DNA of 64,000 bases from Polymyxa betae A26-41 (taxonomy: Eukaryota; Protista; Endomyxa: Phytomyxea): positions 1-64,000 of the forward strand of contig RBZT01000743.1 in NCBI GenBank assembly GCA_003693705.1, read 5' to 3'. The position numbers and the translations under genes were made by a program. Numbering within the stretch: position 1 is the stretch's first letter; the number at the start of each line of letters is the position of its first letter. This document shows, in pieces, positions 41,556-56,403 of the stretch. The notes below the pieces were generated by a model, which saw nothing but the letters and a program-made list of their open reading frames with translations, did no database searches and had not been told where the DNA came from.

Positions 41556-42838
41556 ATGTCTGCTGGTGATACTGGGCGCCATCGCCGATGCGATAACTGT
41601 CAATTGCAGCGCGAATCGTTTGTCTGCCCTGGGTGCTTACAGGAGACGGTGCGGGAAAATCGTTCAAATGTTCTAGCTGCTTTTGAGCGCGCTGCTTTGT
41701 GTCTGGAAGCAGTCACTCCAGTGCTTTACTCCAAACAAAACCATGTCGCTAGGAAAACACCCAAACGCAGAGTTTTGGATCTGGATATCCTCACGTTTCT
41801 TGAACAGCAGCTGAGATTTGAAGTCGCAAAGCGTATGCAAATACTCTTTTTTTCGAAATTTTACTCTCGTTGTGGCTGCTTGTTAATTTATTACGAAATT
41901 ACGAGCATTTTTAATTGATTGTTTTCTAGTTGAATTTAAAACGGAAGAACTTTGTCTGCTGAGAACATCACAGAATCAGCGTCTGCAAGAATGCCAAGGG
42001 CCCTTGCTGAAAGCATTGAGTCTAGTACCCTCGACAGAAAAAATTGAACAAAGCTATCAGAACCAGCGAATAGCCATTGCCCAGTACGCTTCTCAATGGT
42101 ATCGAGATTTTTATTCAACAATTTGTGATCTAGTCGCGAGTTAGAGCTGCGAATCGAGCGCCGTCGGGCAATTGAGATATTGCTCGAGCAATGCTACAAG
42201 ATTCGTCGTGTTTCTGCGAGATCGTGCTCGATTGTAAACTGTGTTCTGCCAGACGATTGCTCCGACTTGCATGCGTTGGTTCACAGCGTTCAAGTCGACA
42301 CCGCTCAATCTATTGTTGCTGCACTTGGTTATGTTGTCCAAGTCATTGACATGATAGCAGGTAGATTTCATTTGTGGCAGGGTTTACCTTCTTTATGATG
42401 CCATTGCTTGCTTCAAGGCTTTTTCTGACAGCTATCCAGGTTATATGCAAGTGACGCTTCCCTATCCTCTGACTTTTCTTGGTGCTGAATCGTACGTCAC
42501 ATGCGAATTCGGTGGCCGCCGTTCAATGTTTGTTAAAGCGTTTTAGCATCGATAGAGACTAATTGCATCACAGTTATGCACTGTCTTTGTCGTCTCCAAA
42601 CGCTGTTTTTCAAGTCGGTTTAGAATATTTGGAGAAGGATTTGATGGTTTTATGTCGGGAATGTGGTTTATCGCTTTTGATGGTTCCGAAATGCTCTTTC
42701 TTGCCCAACCTTCTGATGCTATTGGAGGCTGTCAAGCTTGCCCCTGCGAGATCGGCGCCATTACCGGCTCCTCCTTCCCCTGTTATGGTGCCTGAGGATG
42801 ATCGCGAACATCATCGTGATTTCGTTGTCATTGAATAG
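41556..42838 (+). CDS. ATG14/UVRAG (VPS38)-family autophagy PI3K complex subunit, multi-exon
   Basis: N-terminal CDNC...CPGC zinc motif, coiled coil, AALGYVVQVIDMIA|GYMQVTLPYPL, FQVGLEYLEKDL...LPNL. Confidence 0.7.
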
Positions 42839-42938
42839 GTCCTTTGATCTAAGCCGTTATTGTGATATAGATACTTTGTAGGAATGTGGCGAAATGCACT
42901 TTTGAGAGTATGTCATCAGAATCCGTCAAACTCTGATC

Positions 42939-44016
42939 TCAAAATTTATATAGATCTGGGCGTTTCTGTTTCGTGATCGGTATTTGCTGACGAATACTGG
43001 CGATAGCATTTAGATCAATGTCTTTTATGAGCAAATCGGGCTCGTGACCGGTTGTGATATGTACATCTCCCCAAGGACCGCAGAGAGTACTATGTCCCCA
43101 AGCTTGATAACCGGACGATTTATTTCGTGCTGGTGCCACAGCCGCTACATATACCTGATTATCAAGAGCTCGTGATCGTATCAGCTGTTAGAAAAGCATG
43201 TTTAATTACCGGGTGTTATGACAATAGCGCTTACCAGTTCCCAGTGTGCAGATCCTGTCGTCATGTTGAAAGCTGCTGGAAAAACCAGCAACGAGCAATC
43301 GTTGGCTGTCAAGGTAGCGCTAAACTCTGGAAATCGCAGGTCATAGCAAATACCTATTGGTTTAATTAAATGCATCTATTCAATGCTCAGAAAACAATGA
43401 TTTGTACCAAGGCCGACCCGGCAAGCAGCATCTTCAGATTTGAAATCAAAGGCGGCCATTTCAGAACCAGCGCTCAGAGTATCGCTTTCCCTAAATGTGA
43501 TTCGTCCAGGGATATCAACGTCAAAGAGATGCATCTGTGCGTTCAGGTAATGGGTAGGCCGGTAAGCAATATCACAAAGCGCTCGGCATTACTTTTCGAT
43601 ATTTTGCAACCATGACCCCTTGAGAATTGAAAACTGCACATGTATTGTACAATTTCGAATTCTCTCTTTCTGGAACCGAGCCTCCAATGATCCAAACGCG
43701 GTTCCGCCGCGCTGCTTCTTTCAACATGCTCATCGACGTAGCTTTTCTTGCAATCAGCGATAGCTTGGAGCCACGTTAAAGCTTTACAAGTTTTTTCAAC
43801 CGCTTCTCCAAGGGAGGGGACAATCTCGGCATTCGCCCGAAATGACTCGTTCCCATAAGGACAATTGAAGCATTCAGGCAGAACCACGAGGCGGGCACCA
43901 GCCTGGGCTGCCTGTCCGATAGCTGCCTCTGCCTGAGCCAGATTTGTTGCCACATTATTGGTGACTTGAGTTTGACATAACGCAATGCGAATCAGCCCTG
44001 ATTTTAGCTTTAGCAT
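42939..44016 (-). CDS. NIT2: Omega-amidase NIT2 (nitrilase family), multi-exon
   Basis: [63 protein letters not shown]. Start codon uncertain. Confidence 0.9.
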
Positions 44017-44584
44017 CCTGAAATAATTTCTGAAGTTATCCAACGCAATTTCAGATAATTTGTCGAAAGAGTTTGATATTACCTTCAGCTCGTAATTTTT
44101 AATACTTCTACATTATTGATGCTCTCGTTTCCATCAGAACGATTGTTCAGATTAAAGAACTCTGTTGTGTATCATCAGTTATTGGTAAGTTTTATTTAGG
44201 TCCGCCCATCAGGAAAATCCAAACAAACGATTCGTTTCAACTGACGATAGGCGGCTGAGATGACATTGCTTTGTAGTTCGATTCGATTCGATAAGCAGCA
44301 AGTTTTGAAAGGGTATTGTTTAAAGCATATATGAAGCTCGGAGCCTTGAAAACCGCGTTCTTATGTGTCGATAAAAAAACCATTCAATACCGTTGCTGAT
44401 GTTAGTCGTTCAGAATCCATGTTCTGCTCCACAGCTTACCATGAATATCCTGTGTCAGCGATTTGCTTGGAGATCCAAAGGGATTCCACATTGCCTTTGG
44501 AACTCCGGTTGTATGAAGATAGTGAGGACTTAAGGGCGCAGCCTCTTAGTACAAAGTTCATTCTTTGCCGCTTTCGTGACAATA

Positions 44585-45645
<1,061 letters not shown>

Positions 45646-46289
45646 AGACAACCTCGGTTTTGTGTCAACCCTAATATATATCAACTGGCCCTGCTGATCG
45701 CATTTCAAAACATCAAATTCCCCTTTTCGTTCAAGCTGCACTTCGCTTTGCGCATTTGCACATATGAACCATCCGAATGAAAATCACATCCAAATGAAAA
45801 TCACTTCGATCTTCAGTATAACTAGATGGACTGCTGCGTTTTGGTTATCTTTGAAACTGGATGAGGCCATATCCCAGTTTGTTCTGGATAGCTAAAAATA
45901 TAGAAATCAATTAGGCTTTCGTTAACTTGAATGCAGCCGGTAAAAGCGATTAAGTAGAAGACAATGACGCTGCTTTCATAGTTTTTCACGTTTACAAAAA
46001 CTATCACAGATTTTTTTATCGGTAGACTTCTACAAAACGAAAGCAGCGACATGCAAAAAATCTCGCCAATTTCCTATTTGAAAACCGGTCAGAGATAGAT
46101 AACTTTATGCATAACTTATGGTTTAGGTATATCTTGTCTTTGTTTCAATAATTCAAGTAAACAAGCGTTGTCTACAATAATAAACAACTGCATAGAATTT
46201 GCAGCATAAGTTGGGGCGTGCCCCAAAGCACTGCACAAGCACATCGATTATTAAAAATGAAATTTGAACAATCCGAGTAGTTACCATTG

Positions 46290-47084
46290 TCAGCTCGTTG
46301 TTTGATTTGGTGCCTCCTTTGGATTGGAGCTGTTTTTATCAGTAGGATTGCCCGAATCGCTACCGTTATGGCCACGAATCCCACTCATAGTAGAACGCCA
46401 TCTCTCCAGAGACGACATCAAACTTTGAGATCTGGATATGCGCTCTCCCATCTTCAAGCAAGGCTTTGGCGCTTTCCCATAAAGTGCTAAATCAAGCTTC
46501 AAACATTTTGCTCGAGGCCGATCGATTGGAATCGGCGACCTGATATTAAACCTAATACCTGATAAACATGTTTGTTAATGAATAGAGAAACCTGCACCTG
46601 CTAGGTTCTTGTCTGCGATCCAGCAGAAAGCCGATCAACTCAGCCAAACACATTGGCACCTGGAAAGGCGATTCCATCAGCCACATCCAACCAGGCGTTA
46701 GGCAGCGATGTCGGAGGTCACCCGCTGTCTGTATGCCATTATTGAAAAGGACACGAATTGATCTGTCAATCTCGTCCCTAACCTAAAACCAAATGAACAT
46801 CTTCGTAGCATTGTATATAAAACTCACATGATTGTCTGACTTCGGCAGGCAAGCCAGCTTTAGCACCTGCGCCATGATATTCTCGATGTCGGTGTTATCA
46901 TTAACAAGCATTGCGCCGTGCATCTCGCAATGCATTATGAAAACGCTTCTCGCAGTTCAGATTCAAAGGCGCGGGCGTCAAGGCTGACTGGGAGTCCTTG
47001 GCTTGTCGGTCCGACTCTGAGGCAGAATCCTGCTTGTTGGTTCGATCTTTAACTGGCCGATCGGTCAGGCCTTTAACGCTCTGG
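46290..47084 (-). CDS. Hypothetical multi-exon protein; start not resolved
   Basis: Spliceable exons HGAMLVNDNTDIENIMAQVLKLACLP|VRDEIDRSIRVLFNNGIQTAGDL... ending NQTTS*. Confidence 0.35.
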
Positions 47085-47566
47085 CTAAAAGATAGCGCTT
47101 ATGAAAGTGCTTGGGTGGTACTCCCACCCAGACTGAGCAAAAGTACTGCAGGATGAGTTCAAGCTTCTACTTTGTCTACTGATCGCTTGATTCTTTGCAT
47201 TTCATTCAAACAGTAGAAGAGGTGATCATTAAGCTTTAATGATTTTCTGAATTTGAAATCATTTCAATGCAGAGAAAATCGAAAACATTGTCACGTCATT
47301 CCATAGAATGAAGCTCGTCATCACGATCATTACTTTATCATTTTATTCTGGCTTCAACTTAGAAGGATGCTGGTTTGTCTGACGATTCATGAGTGCTTCA
47401 TGCTGAAAATCACAATTGTGAAAGACAGGCGGCGCAGCCTGATTCTACTCAGTCATTGCTGCCTGAAGAGAGATCTAACCCTGACCTAACCTCAGACAGA
47501 TCATTGAACCTTAAGCCTTGAAGGAATCACGTTGACTATTGCTGTTGAGACAATTTCAACAGTTTG

Positions 47567-48447
47567 ATGATCGAAATCCGGCTGTATCATGGTCTTATTA
47601 TTGTCCTGTTGGCCTTAGCCAGTACCGTGTATGCGGATAAGTTTTGGACGAGACTCCAGCGCGAACTGTCTGCCAAGGTATAGAGATATGGTTTTTTATC
47701 CCAATTATAATTCGCGACGGTAGGAGGACGAGAAAGAAAGGGACGATGATCCCGAATTGCACGACGAAGATTATGCTGCTTGGTTGGAGAATGAAATAGA
47801 CGAACAGATCACTTTACTCGAATCTATCATGGGAGTCTCTGAATCGCTCTCAGTCGCGGATGCAGCACTTGGCAACCTTGATGAGGATTTTCTCGACGAG
47901 ATCTTGAAAGCGAAGCTCAAACGCGAACTAACCGAATATTCTGAGACAGACGAGCAGGTTCCGAGGAATCCGGCGAAGCAAGCCACCTTCAGTGAAAAGA
48001 AAGGTGCTAAACAGAAAGAGGATGATTTGGAGCAACTTCTGGAGATGGCTGTAACCATGCTTGGCTCGATGGCATCCGAATCCGACAAGGCGACCTCCGA
48101 TGATAGCAGAGCTTCAAAGAAAGAAGCCAGGAAGCCGGCACGTTCCTATTTAGATGACAGGGCTTGTGCCACAAAATGTTCAGGCAATTTTCAAAGGTGG
48201 ATTGTCTACGAGAACGGCGGTTTTTGTAAACCAACTGATGACGGAGGTAATCGATTGTCATGAAACAGCCTCGTCTAACGTTAGTTTAGAGTGTAAAGGG
48301 ATGTGGTATCAACATCGCGAACCTGCTGATTGTATCGAGGTCTGCCTATACGCCCCTTCTTCACAAGAAAAGAAACTTTCTATTCGTCTGGCAGCAAGTC
48401 AGCCATTATCCGTTGATCATTACAATGAAACGTCGCCGTCATCGTGA
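47567..48447 (+). CDS. Secreted or ER-lumen acidic hypothetical protein
   Basis: Signal peptide MIEIRLYHGLIIVLLALASTVYA; GT-AG intron into an Asp/Glu-rich ORF. 3' end ambiguous (48263 or 48447). Confidence 0.55.
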
Positions 48448-48618
48448 CCGTCAACCCCCAGGACGGTGTTTAATCTCAATCAATGTTAGCAGAGCATGGA
48501 ATATGCTTGCTTAAACTTTAAACAATATAAATTCGAGACCGATTTTAATGCAGGTTGCCGTGTTTGTCGTCGTCGCGGTGTTCCGGACTTGTAGATTCAC
48601 AGCTGCACCATCATTGTC

Positions 48619-50273
48619 ATGGACGCCGTTCGTGCCGTGCTAGTTCGACGCCTGCTCGGTCGCTGCAGCAATGCGGGTCCATGGCCTCGGGCCCAACGCC
48701 TGCTGTTTCATGGGTCGTCGCGGCTGAGCGGGCCTGCTCATCGCGACCATTACGAAGTCTTGGGTGTGCCTCGTGATGCCAGTCAATCCGACATCAAACG
48801 TGCCTATTATAAACTAGCGAAGAAATGGCATCCGGATTCGAATCCTGATTCTGGTGCAAAGGAGAAGTTCACTGCCATCAATAACTCGTACCAGGTTCTC
48901 AGCGACGAACAAAAGAGAGCGCAATATGACCAGTACGCCTTCATTGTTTCGAAACTTTTCCCTTCGGTAACAGAAAACTTATCATCTGGTTTCTTTCTGC
49001 AGATTTGGACATGCTGCCGAACAGATGGAACACGGTGCTGGCGCTGGACCGTCTTCTGCCAATGTAAAATGAATCCAAAATGATGCTTATCTATTCGTGC
49101 TGAAACGCTCTTCAGGTTCACGATATCTGGTCGCAATTTGAACACATCTTCGGCGGCGCAAGAGGCATGGGCGGATTTGGAGCGCGATCAGCTGCGTCCG
49201 AGTCGCGTCGCCCGGTCAAGGGCAGCAATGTTAATACAACACTCGATCTGTCATTCATGGAGGCGATTCAGGGTGTCGCCAAGGTTGATGACTGATCAAT
49301 ATCGGAATCCGCCCTCTAAATTTGCTGAAGGATATTCACGTTCGACGGCATGCAACATGTACGCCATGTGCCGGGTCTGGCATTCAACCGGGGACACAGC
49401 CGAGACGATGCCCTCAATGCAACGGAACTGGAGAGATGTCGATGGCACAAGGTCTTTCATTCTTGATTCTGCCATTGTCGGCACTTTTCAACGTTCTGCT
49501 TTGCTTAAATCTTATCGTTTCTGGTTTGAGCCTGCTTTGGGTTTCGTGAAATATTATGGCATCAATTGGCGTTTATCGACAGTTTCCTCATAGGGTTTAT
49601 GCATATGGTGATGCCCTGTGATCGATGTGGTGGCGTCGGCACTCGTGCTACACCCTGTAATTCATGTTCCGGTGTGGGATTAAAGCCAGAATCGGCCACA
49701 GTTCGAGTCACGATCCCGGCTGGTGTCACTAATGGTACTCAAGTTCGTGTGGTCGGTCAGGGTAAGATGTTCAGTCGCAATCAGCAACTGTTGCCAACCA
49801 TGCGCGCAGGTGATCAAGGCACAAATGGCGGCAGCCGAGGCAATCTGTTTGTGCATCTCAATGTTGCTGAGCACCCTGTTCTGCAACGGGATGGCGCTGA
49901 TATTCATGTTGGCGTTGATATCCCATTTACAACCGCCATTCTCGGTGGCACTGTAGAGATCCCTACGATTACTGGTATCTCACACATTGAAAGTTCGGTT
50001 TGTTATTGACAGTTTCATGTTTTAGGAACTGCAAATGTAAAGATTCCCAGTGGTACTCAGCCGAATTCGAAACTGGTTCTGAGAGGGAAAGGGGCGCCTG
50101 ATCTCAATCGAAGAGGCGAGCATGGAAACGAATATGTCCATTTGAACATCATGATGCCAGATATCAAGCAGATGACCGAGAAACAGAGGAGGTTGGTGGA
50201 AGACTTTGCTCGAGAGCAAACGCCACAACAATCCATTGTTCGCAAAATTAAGGATTTCTTAAAAGGCGTGTAG
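48619..50273 (+). CDS. Mitochondrial type-I DnaJ chaperone (Mdj1/DNAJA3-like), multi-exon
   Basis: Arg-rich presequence, DHYEVLGV...WHPD, four CxxCxGxG repeats ([32 protein letters not shown]), C-terminal IPSGTQP. Confidence 0.9.
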
Positions 50274-51087
50274 AATGATGCTTTTTACGATGTTCCTACA
50301 GTATTGTAATGTCTAAAATATCTGTATATTGCTTTATTTTTATCATTTGTTTCAGAAACAATCCCCTTAGTTAAAGCGAAGCCAGAGAAGCTGTATGTAA
50401 ATGTTGGTTATTGCCGCTTGAATCGTGGGGTTTCGGCTATGCTGCTCGTATTTCACTGAACCAATTAATCTTGAAACACGAAAACCAACTTGCAATTCAC
50501 ACAACTGTGCGATCTGACATTAACCAAAAAGAGATGCTGAACGTACTCGGTGGTTCAAGGACGGTTCAGATTGTAGAATTCACCTCAATTTCCCTTTGGT
50601 TTTTTCAATGCTGGATAATCAAAAATCCATTTTTAGAAGCCTAAAACTCTCTTGGGCACTAGATCAAGTGCAATGATAAACAAGTCAAGAAATAGGCTAT
50701 TTCGGCCGGCGGTGATGGGTCTGCGATTTTTTCTTACACTGGTGGGCGAGACTATGGTGTATGGGCCCGCTGCGCGTTTTCTAAGTGACATTCGTGACAG
50801 AGACGAGCACCAATCTGATTGAGATTTGGCACACTCACGTCTTGTGGGCTGTTAGGGGAAGCGCCAATCGGCCGGACCCACACACCCCATCACCCCAAAT
50901 CGTCACTGCGACCTCTTTTAACGTTTCATTAAGAGGCCGTCATCCACTCCTTTCTGTGGTATCTCCTAGACATGGGCCTCAGGCTCCTCGAATGAGCTTT
51001 AGTCTATTAACTGATCATTGGAGTCAGTCGTATTGGAAACATTGGGCGGCGTCGCAGCCGGAAGCAATAGTGAATGAGCACGGCAGG

Positions 51088-52001
51088 ATGCAGTGGTGGC
51101 TTGTCGCCTTGCTCCTGTTGCCGGTCTGTGCCCTGGCATTGGATATTTCATATGGCAATGGGCAACCAGCTGAGTGCATGCGAAATCGATTGACGACCGG
51201 TTTGTTCCAATGCTCAGACCCGAGCAAGGGCGATCTCTTGCTTAACTGCCTAGGAGACCGAATTAAAACGATTGAGTTTTACGTGAAGAAGGGGGAACAA
51301 GGTTGTCAGTCTCAGTTTTTTCCTGGAATTTTTAACAAAAATTGTTGCTCAGTTGTTCCTAAATTCCATCATTTAAAGCCCAGCGACCCTCTTGTTTATA
51401 AATTCGTCAGAGATAGCACCACTTCAGTTGAAGACTGGGACGCCAGCGTTGCTATAAGTGATTGGATATTTATTCAGCAACATTCACTGAAGCAACCGCT
51501 CTCTGTTTCTGCAAATGGCTCAGAACTTCACATCTCTCATCATTCGGCAGAAGACGTTCTTGCCATCGAAGTTCGCGCATTTGATCCCGTCGGATTTTTG
51601 ATCCAGACCTGGACAAACAAATCTCAAGGTGATTGTAATGATGACTCTGCGTTTTGTTCTGAAAGCAATTCCGTTTTTTAGGTGATTTCCCATCTGGTAA
51701 CTGTTCTAAAGACCCACCCCTTTATACAGCTGTCTGACATTGTGGCTACAGGAAAGGAGATGTCGTTCTCGGAGGAGAGATCATTCTTTCACGGTTAGTG
51801 GCTTGATGAGATTGGATGGTGATACTAATTTCCCCCGAAGTTTTATCAAGAGGCGCTACTAGGCATCCTGCATGGGTCCTATTTGGGCTGCTATCCGTGA
51901 GTATCTTCTCATTGGTTGCCGTTGGCTCGCTCAGACGTTGCAAGCGGTTTAATCGTCACACTCTTTCGAGACTAGAATCAGTATCCAATACCATCATCTG
52001 A
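51088..52001 (+). CDS. Cys-rich type-I membrane or surface protein, orphan
   Basis: Signal peptide MQWWLVALLLLPVCALA; Cys-rich ectodomain; 15-nt microexon at 51682-51696; TM WVLFGLLSVSIFSLVAVGSL then RRCKR. Confidence 0.6.
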
Positions 52002-52684
52002 TTAGAGGGGTGTAAATATGTATATACTGTATCAATTGCTAATCTATTCCGTTAATTCATCATCAATATCTTTAATGTTTATTGTAATCAATACATTCAT
52101 CCACTCGTCTATTTATTATTAACGTTCTATTAGGAACAATTAGATAGCAACTCGTACGTGGTAATCATATGCCAATGTATTATCATAGCTATAGCTACAA
52201 AGATTCGTACAGGAATTTTTTGAAAGGGTCTGGCCAGAGAAACTGTCAAGCGGCGCGCTTAGGTTGTCGACTCAGACGACCCAATCCCTGTCCTATGTTC
52301 CACTTGAGAGTCGATTCCGATATCCTCAACTTTTATGTATCGTTGTTACACTCAAATCTACATCGAATGCTACGAGCTCCGAAGCCATGCAATACAAGAA
52401 GTGATCACAGAGTTAGAGGTTTGCAACGAAACTTGAATTTTGCGAGTATTATCTAAACTGCACATTTTTCGACATTTTTTTTCGCCTTTATTTCACTGCC
52501 TCATCCGATAATCCCGCTTTTATTTTCTTGCTGTTGTTGCTATCATCAATTTGCACGATGATGTTCCTCAAGCGTTATCGTACATATTGATTTATCTGTA
52601 TTGTCAAGCTGTGGGCAGAATACAGAAGTTGCGTTGTCTGTAAAGGCAACAGACGAAATCAGAGACGATCGACAGAATCTCCGG

Positions 52685-55600
52685 ATGATGAAGATCGACA
52701 ATGTGGCAGTGGCAACCCTGCCGACTCAATATACATCGTTCCAGGATTTGGATTGTCCATTCAGGGTCTCTAACGTCAAGCGGCGCCCACGATCCACCCC
52801 AATCGTCATTGATAACGGCTCGTTTGAGCTTCGGGCTGGGTTTGCCGACTCTGATCTACCTTCAGGTTGTGCTTAGAAGAAACTTGATATCAGCAACGTC
52901 TTTTTTCAGCATTCGTTGAATACTGTTTGCAATTAGCTAATTTGCCTTTTGTTAGTCAAGTTCCAGAACCGAGTGTTTCCGTCGCGTTTCCGTTCCGACA
53001 AGGTTTCAAACCCTGATGGAAACTACGACCGTGTTGCCGACCAGATTTCGGCTGATGATTGGGCCAAAGATAAATATTTAAGGAGCGCTTTCGAATCGAA
53101 TCTTGTTTGCAATTTTTCATACATGGTATGGGCAATGTTTTGTCTGTTCCTTATCCTTGTTGAGCCTGTTATTATTTTTTTTTCATTAAATCCTCGTTCT
53201 CTTTTGACTTTCTGTTCATAGGAGACCGCGTTTGACTATACGTTCTCTAAATTGGCAGTTGGAGTTGATGCTTCAATGGATCACCCCATTATTATGACTG
53301 AACCTGTTTTTAATCCATCTTACTGCCGCTCGAACATGTATGAACTCTTGTTCGAGACTTATCAAGTCCCCAAAATCGGTAATCCGATCACTTTCAATGT
53401 TGATACTGCTTTGTGACCCTTTGCAGCATTCGGAATCGACTCTTTGTTTTCGTACTCGTACAATGCCGCTAATGCCTCGCAGCATCTGGATCCTAATATT
53501 GGCCTCGCGATTTCGTGCTCTCATGATGTTCGTGTTTGTTTTCATTCTGTTTCTGCTAACCGTGATGCTTTATTCTCTTACACACCTCTTTATGTGGAAA
53601 TGTTATTTACCATCTTTCTGCACATTTGTTGATCGCTATTTAATTTTCATATAGATCTCTCATATAATACCGATTTATGGTGGCCAGCCACTGCTCTCCA
53701 CAGCGTTTCGAATGCAATATGGGGGATTTCATCTCCTCGACAATCTGTATCGTTCTATCTGTCTTCAGGTTATCACTCTTTGCTCACTTGAATATCACAA
53801 ATAACTCTAGGCATAGCTGCCATTTGAAAGCCACGCTGCTGTGTTTGGTGCTCGCTGCCAAGAAATTTTGCAACGTTTTTGCTATATATCACTGGACTTC
53901 CAGAAAGAGCTCGATGTATGTGTGTGTATACTTGTTAGAATGCATTCCGTCAAATCCAACAACGTAGATGTATGTTGGGCGCGAAGAACCATCTGTCGTT
54001 CTTTCATTTCCACCTGATTTATCGCATTCACTACAAAAAGCGATATTGACTGAGGTCTGCATAATGTCATCTGTATCGTACTGAGGGCTAAACTTTCGAA
54101 GGAAGAGAAGCGACAACGCGACGTGCGCATTCAAGCGCAAACAGAAAAGTTGAAAGAACTGGCCCGCGAACGCAGAGAGGCCATGTTTCAGAACCAGCAG
54201 GAATCATTGGAGTACTATCGCAAACTAAAGCAAGAGAAACAAGCGAATCAAATTACTGAAGCTGCGTTTTTGGTAAACCACTGGTTTTATGATCGAATTT
54301 TTTGCTTGTGATTTGCCTTAGTCATTAGGTGCGACCTAAGTGTTAAAGTATTTATTATTGTTTTGATCTGTTTCTCTTTTCGAACATTCTACCTGACGTC
54401 TGTATTAGAAAGAGATCAAAGAAATCGGGTGCGATGACGAAGAGGATTTTGAGAAAATGCTGACATCGCTACAGAAGAAGGTCCTACCGCTTTGTTCAAA
54501 TTCGCTTCCGTATCTTAACCTCTTTATCAGGTGGAAAATCAGTTGTTGAAACGCGGTATTATAGAGACTACCGTTAAGGAAGAAAAGGTAATACTCGGAT
54601 TCATAAGTTGTTGTTTTGTATTGAGCAGATGTAGGGCGAAGATGATCTTTTGGATGTTCCTGATGAACAGCTGACCGAGGCATGTATATGAACGTCTTGG
54701 CTCATTGCCACTAATGTGCCCCTTAGGATCAAAAGAAGAGGAAACGGGCCCAGCGGATGCTAAAAGGCAGTGCAGAAGCTCGTCAGAAGAAGAAAGAGGA
54801 AAAAAAGAAACGCGAGGAGCAACAGGTTTTGATCTTGCTCTAAGCGGCTTCGCCTACCGGCATTGAAATTTGGTTCAGGCAAACGAACATGCAGTCCTGG
54901 CAGCCTCATATGCTGCAAACCCGACTGAGTTTGTATCAAACATTCGCGCTTCGATTGAAGCTGCCAAGAAAAGACGACATGAACGAGTTGCTGCTGGTCC
55001 TGCGACGACGTCTGCCACGGCATCTGGCCGTCGTACTGCTGCTGCCAACCGTCAACGTGCTGCTGTTATCACCGACATGGGTTTGTTCAAGTATTTTCTT
55101 GCATTAGCTTTGAATGCTGAATTCTTTCAGGAACTGGAACGATGGAAGGTTCCAATTTTGGTGCTGACGATCAAGATTGGGAAGTGTACAGAGCTGTTGC
55201 CAATCCCGAAAATGTTAGCTGTCGTGTTCGTTACAAAGGTTTTCATCAAATGCTGCTATAGACTGAGGATCCAGGACGGGAAAGTGAACGGGAAGATGCC
55301 GAAGAGATCAAACGTCTTGAGAGTATCCTGATGGAATTCGCCCCGGATCAGTACGATTCAGCTTAATCGTGATAATCAATTGATTTGATGACGATTTCAT
55401 TAGGGTAACTTCAGTGCAAGAGACTGCTGTATCGGTTCCTCGCGATTTACATCCAAAAATTAACCTCGGTGTGCACCGTATCAGGGCTCCTGAGATTCTA
55501 TTCCAGCCGTCAATAATCGGAATTGGTTCGTTCCATGCTATTTAAAATTTTGCCTCTCGCCGTTTGGTCTAGATGACTAGATGATCGCATCAAATTGTTT

Positions 55601-56055
55601 GTGACGTTTTTTTACAGATCAAGCTGGGATTGCCGAAGCAATCCAGATGGCTCTTCACCGCGTCGCTCCTGAGCAAGCTATTTTGATGTGCAAGAACACA
55701 TTCATCTGCGGTGGAACCACACTGATTCCTGGCTTCTCTGATCGTCTGCTTGCGGAAATGACTAGCTTTCGGGCGATAGGAGATGACATTCGGGTTGTTA
55801 GGGCGCTAGATCCGTCTCTAGATGCCTGGCGAGGTGCTGCGTCCTGGGGTCAAGCATCGCCTGTCTATGGTGAGGTTGTTTTGCATGTATTTGATGTTTC
55901 TGATGTGCTTCTCAGTATCGAGGTCTGAATACGAAGAATTTGGAGCTGATTATATTAAGGAGCATCGGTATGGGAATGTTTATGTCCCAACACGAAACCA
56001 GCCGGGCTCACCCAAACAGAAATTAACGCCCGTTGCTAAGCGCCAGCGACAGTAA
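52685..56055 (+). CDS. ARP5: Actin-related protein 5 (INO80 complex), multi-exon
   Basis: PIVIDNGSFELRAG, HPIIMTEP, ELLFETYQVP, FGIDSLFSY, charged insert with DVPDEQL and NFGADDQDWEVY, RAPEILFQPS, LDAWRGA, YIKEHRYGN. Confidence 0.9.
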
Positions 56056-56403
56056 TGCGTCAAACTATTAATTATATATAAATATTTGACTTCAAACAAA
56101 CTGTACCCTGTTCAAATGATGCTTATGCGAGTCCAGACAAGCATTGGTCGGTTTCTGAAGCAAACTGTCATTATGGATGGAATTTCAACTCAAGGTTAAA
56201 GCAGGAAGCCACCCATAATTAAGACAGGAGCACTTTTTCCTGGATCCAAAACCTGATAACAAGTCTGTGTTGTAAAAGGGTTCACGCGACTACTTTAAAT
56301 CTTCCAAATCTCCAAAAATTCCGGAAATTTTCTGTCTCTCAGTTTGATGTACCTACCTATTCACTCTAAGAGTATAAACCTGAGTCGTGGGCTGAATGAT
56401 TAC

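Noticed and set aside
47567-48447. MESD-like chaperone identity for the acidic secreted protein
   Set aside because: Only compositional resemblance; core motifs do not align convincingly.
50785-51087. N-terminal 101 aa of the 298-aa ORF, and similar upstream extensions at 1725-1958 and 10432-10623
   Set aside because: They begin at non-ATG codons; better ATG starts lie downstream (signal peptide at 51088).
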